From: an uncultured virus (IMG/VR IMGVR_UViG_3300015263_000377)
Taxonomy: Duplodnaviria; Heunggongvirae; Uroviricota; Caudoviricetes
IMG/VR virus record: IMGVR_UViG_3300015263_000377
DNA: 20,000 nucleotides
Strand: one strand, 5' to 3'
Part shown: piece by piece, positions 18,901 to 20,000 of the stretch
Numbering within the stretch: position 1 is the stretch's first letter
Layout: each line of letters opens with the position of its first letter
Translations under genes and position numbers: made by a program
Notes under the pieces: generated by a model
What the model was told of the DNA's origin: nothing
Database searches by the model: none
Seen by the model: only the letters and a program-made list of their open reading frames with translations

Positions 18901-19215
18901 AAGTTCGGGATGGACTTCGATACGGCCAAGGCAATCGTGAACGACCTCGACAAGACCGCCGATGAGATCGAGGCGGCTGCCTTTGGTGAGGCTTCGCTCC
19001 TCAAGCGGCAGACCGAGGTGCTCGCGGCTTCCAACCCGAAGCTCGCCAAGGTGCTCCAGCAGGACTCCGATGAGAAGTACATGGGTACGTTCAACGCGCC
19101 CATGGCCCCTCACCAGACGGACGCCGACGAGAAGTACATGGGCCAGTTCAAGGACGACCAGTCTGAGGCGGTCCACGAGGGCAAGTCGACGACCGGCAAG
19201 CCGCTCGCCCCCTGA
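15976..19215 (+). CDS. Large Lys/Glu-rich composite hypothetical protein (1079 aa) with probable internal starts at 18409 and 18814
   Basis: Uninterrupted ORF with highly charged low-complexity segments and RVVARF/RVRERF tags. In-frame ATG 18409 follows the promoter-like motif; in-frame ATG 18814 follows SD-like GAGGG. Confidence 0.75.
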   Translation: MDFLGTKDHGEREDEEAERLVRPLPKKKPPRKDRRREEMQTDRDPDTDGDTDLKNDPDMSLNYKNVGGSLVLVRRVVARFKRAESGPKKYVSVSDSEQGGKVVSVPEQTAKNNPSRYKPVKDKERSERESPGAKKPEGPKEESKGEESKGEESKGEESKGEEPKGEEPKAEEPKAEEPKAEEPKAEEPKAPEEKKAPDSSSEEQMAARVRERFKAKNYQNHPEFKEYTQNLPTTDDSGNFYDPKSKKRVPWDQLDPNEQSRLINDFATKKKRKSLDSKLDALDPKVKAAIQSLADPKSELSKKLDQYKKDGHPIEGIPPEKLIPALKGLNLPAKSIADLQGAASDLTKRETTKAEQEKAQAAEKNQKELEEAARKAQSAKDFKPPNRKPPTEEERLEVLNALWDMDPPLPSEIQVRLGSLHPEDAKLALSSYTKFNALDPPKNLKREIQEAGRNYVSDPLEVTSLPKYGVVKVQEDGKEVEKKLTFDKLTPGQKQQAVHEHRMKLLGASLASRSRVAKALVGNGIPKHLSTSLAHATLSAGSLSESERKKKVKTWATNLFTQSSSGYGKQEESDGRFGHVVRTTTRPTLSDKDRTKFIEAIKKLDPVGQQVAVAALQGEDYREAKARFLDPKSGDAIRPTDDPEDVARKLSQAQDMMSKAGKRYPSELSVIDPATILKVQTLKKLRDQDPAKARQVVTHIREDEVKRYHAKRSEWESKDKEHKTKQKAAQKEHDAWEKRKTKHEAKYAKDPYRAPPFDEPEPELLPDLEPPRPPIGYLRKLSEKDREKAKLDLKQLRRASLYSSYGLQKWQMGTTPPSNRDRTALYHGVEPYPKGHEGFAPYTKWNQPHRCDLGASDFDAILKSAKEWLKSPVLAKDIEGMVPDARFRAALDLAIHASRYNRAISPPLYNMMLAKLASQPADETLLTVHAATDRVAFSTEETEGNAMTVKFAKDQANAILGRLDKAAGFIQENYKKFGMDFDTAKAIVNDLDKTADEIEAAAFGEASLLKRQTEVLAASNPKLAKVLQQDSDEKYMGTFNAPMAPHQTDADEKYMGQFKDDQSEAVHEGKSTTGKPLAP
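16396..16545 (+). repeat. Coding tandem repeat, 10 x 15 bp (EESKG x4, EEPKG x1, EEPKA x5)
   Basis: Units GAGGAGTCCAAGGGT / GAGGAGCCCAAGGGT / GAGGAGCCCAAAGCT read directly from the sequence. Confidence 0.95.
18379..18392 (+). promoter_or_regulatory. Candidate internal late-promoter motif TATTCTTCTTATGG
   Basis: 12/12 identity with 3637-3648; AT-rich patch inside a GC-rich ORF; 16 nt before the in-frame ATG 18409. Confidence 0.45.
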
Positions 19216-19262
19216 AGGCACGGGGTTCTCAAAGACAACCCTTCACCCTTTGTGGGGCTAAC

Positions 19263-20000
19263 GTGATCGACTACTGGAAGCTGACGAAGGACTACTCCCA
19301 AGGTGACTCGGTCCAAAAGATCAACGTCACTACTGGGGAGCTGTCCCCTTACGTCGGATGCGTGACCGCTGTTCTTCGGGGCATTGGGTGCCTCGATGTA
19401 CAGTGGCCGTTCGGTAACGAGCGCGTCTTCCCAGACGACGTCGTGAAGGTCAGCCCGGAGTTCCTCCGGTACCTTCCTCCAGCATTCGATCAGAGCTACT
19501 CGTCGGTCGAGATCGAGAAGGCGCGGAAGGCATCCGCACCCCTCTGGCGGAGCGCTCAGTTCCAGCCCTCGGTCTACATCGAGCTTGCTCGACAGTGGCA
19601 CAAAGGAGCGAGTGAGGTCATCGCCTACGACGACCTCTATCGGGCCTTGGCTCCCAATGTTGACGACGAAGCTCTCCGGGATGAGGTGAGCAAGCTCTAC
19701 AGGCTTGCTCGCAACGCCGGGGAGCTTCGGATTCAACAGGCGATGGAGAAGTCTGGGGCCTACTGGGTGGCTCAGAACCGTCAGTACCGGGCCACGGGGG
19801 AGGACATCAGGGCTGGCAAGCCGGCTTGCCCCAAGTGCGCTACGCGGATGCGTCAGTCCACGTACAAGATGCACAAGGGAGCGAAGCACAAGGTCTTCGC
19901 TTGCCCCAAGTGCCTCTACTTGATCGACCCTCAGTCGGTTCTCGGGCCGAGCGGGCAGCCTCACAACTGGTTTGGCGTCGCCCCTGTGGCTCCCCCGGTG
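19263..20000 (+). CDS. Hypothetical protein with a C-terminal zinc ribbon (CPKC...CPKC); 3'-truncated and absent from the supplied ORF track
   Basis: Manual translation from GTG 19263 is open to the window end: MIDYWKLTKDYSQGDSVQK...DVQWPFGNERVFPDDV...AYWVAQNRQYRAT...PACPKCATRMRQSTYKMHKGAKHKVFACPKCLYLID... Confidence 0.8.
   Translation, partial: MIDYWKLTKDYSQGDSVQKINVTTGELSPYVGCVTAVLRGIGCLDVQWPFGNERVFPDDVVKVSPEFLRYLPPAFDQSYSSVEIEKARKASAPLWRSAQFQPSVYIELARQWHKGASEVIAYDDLYRALAPNVDDEALRDEVSKLYRLARNAGELRIQQAMEKSGAYWVAQNRQYRATGEDIRAGKPACPKCATRMRQSTYKMHKGAKHKVFACPKCLYLIDPQSVLGPSGQPHNWFGVAPVAPPV

Noticed and set aside
19213..19262. Weak inverted repeats (TGAAGG/CCTTCA; GGGTT/AACCC) after the 1079-aa ORF
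   Set aside because: The stems are short and mutually overlapping and there is no clear U-tract, so a terminator or ncRNA cannot be supported.

Overview
The window is an all-plus-strand, densely packed, GC-rich segment of what is most likely a large tailed dsDNA phage (Caudoviricetes-like) genome using the standard genetic code. It opens with a short replication/transcription block: the 3' part of a DnaX-like clamp-loader gene broken by a 32-nt poly-C tract, an ORF fusing a NusG-like (NGN+KOW) module to a PolA/FEN-type 5'-3' exonuclease, and a protein with two sigma-70 region-4-like HTHs. A head/packaging block follows: an Ig-like protein, several uncharacterised probable virion proteins, an AT-hook putative small terminase, the large terminase, a minimal type IB topoisomerase, a probable portal, a 1079-aa composite ORF, and a zinc-ribbon ORF running off the end. 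The most interesting unexplained patterns are (i) an R-V-A-A-R-F/Y peptide tag at or near the N-terminus of several unrelated proteins, including Topo IB, with [K/R]-x-A motifs at domain junctions (possible capsid-targeting and proteolytic maturation code), (ii) a recurring TAYTCTTCTTATG-like DNA motif shortly upstream of late-gene starts, including an internal start, (iii) the NusG-exonuclease fusion, and (iv) a protein built from three copies of a 4-Cys domain. All functional calls come from motifs recognised by eye; no database searches were run.
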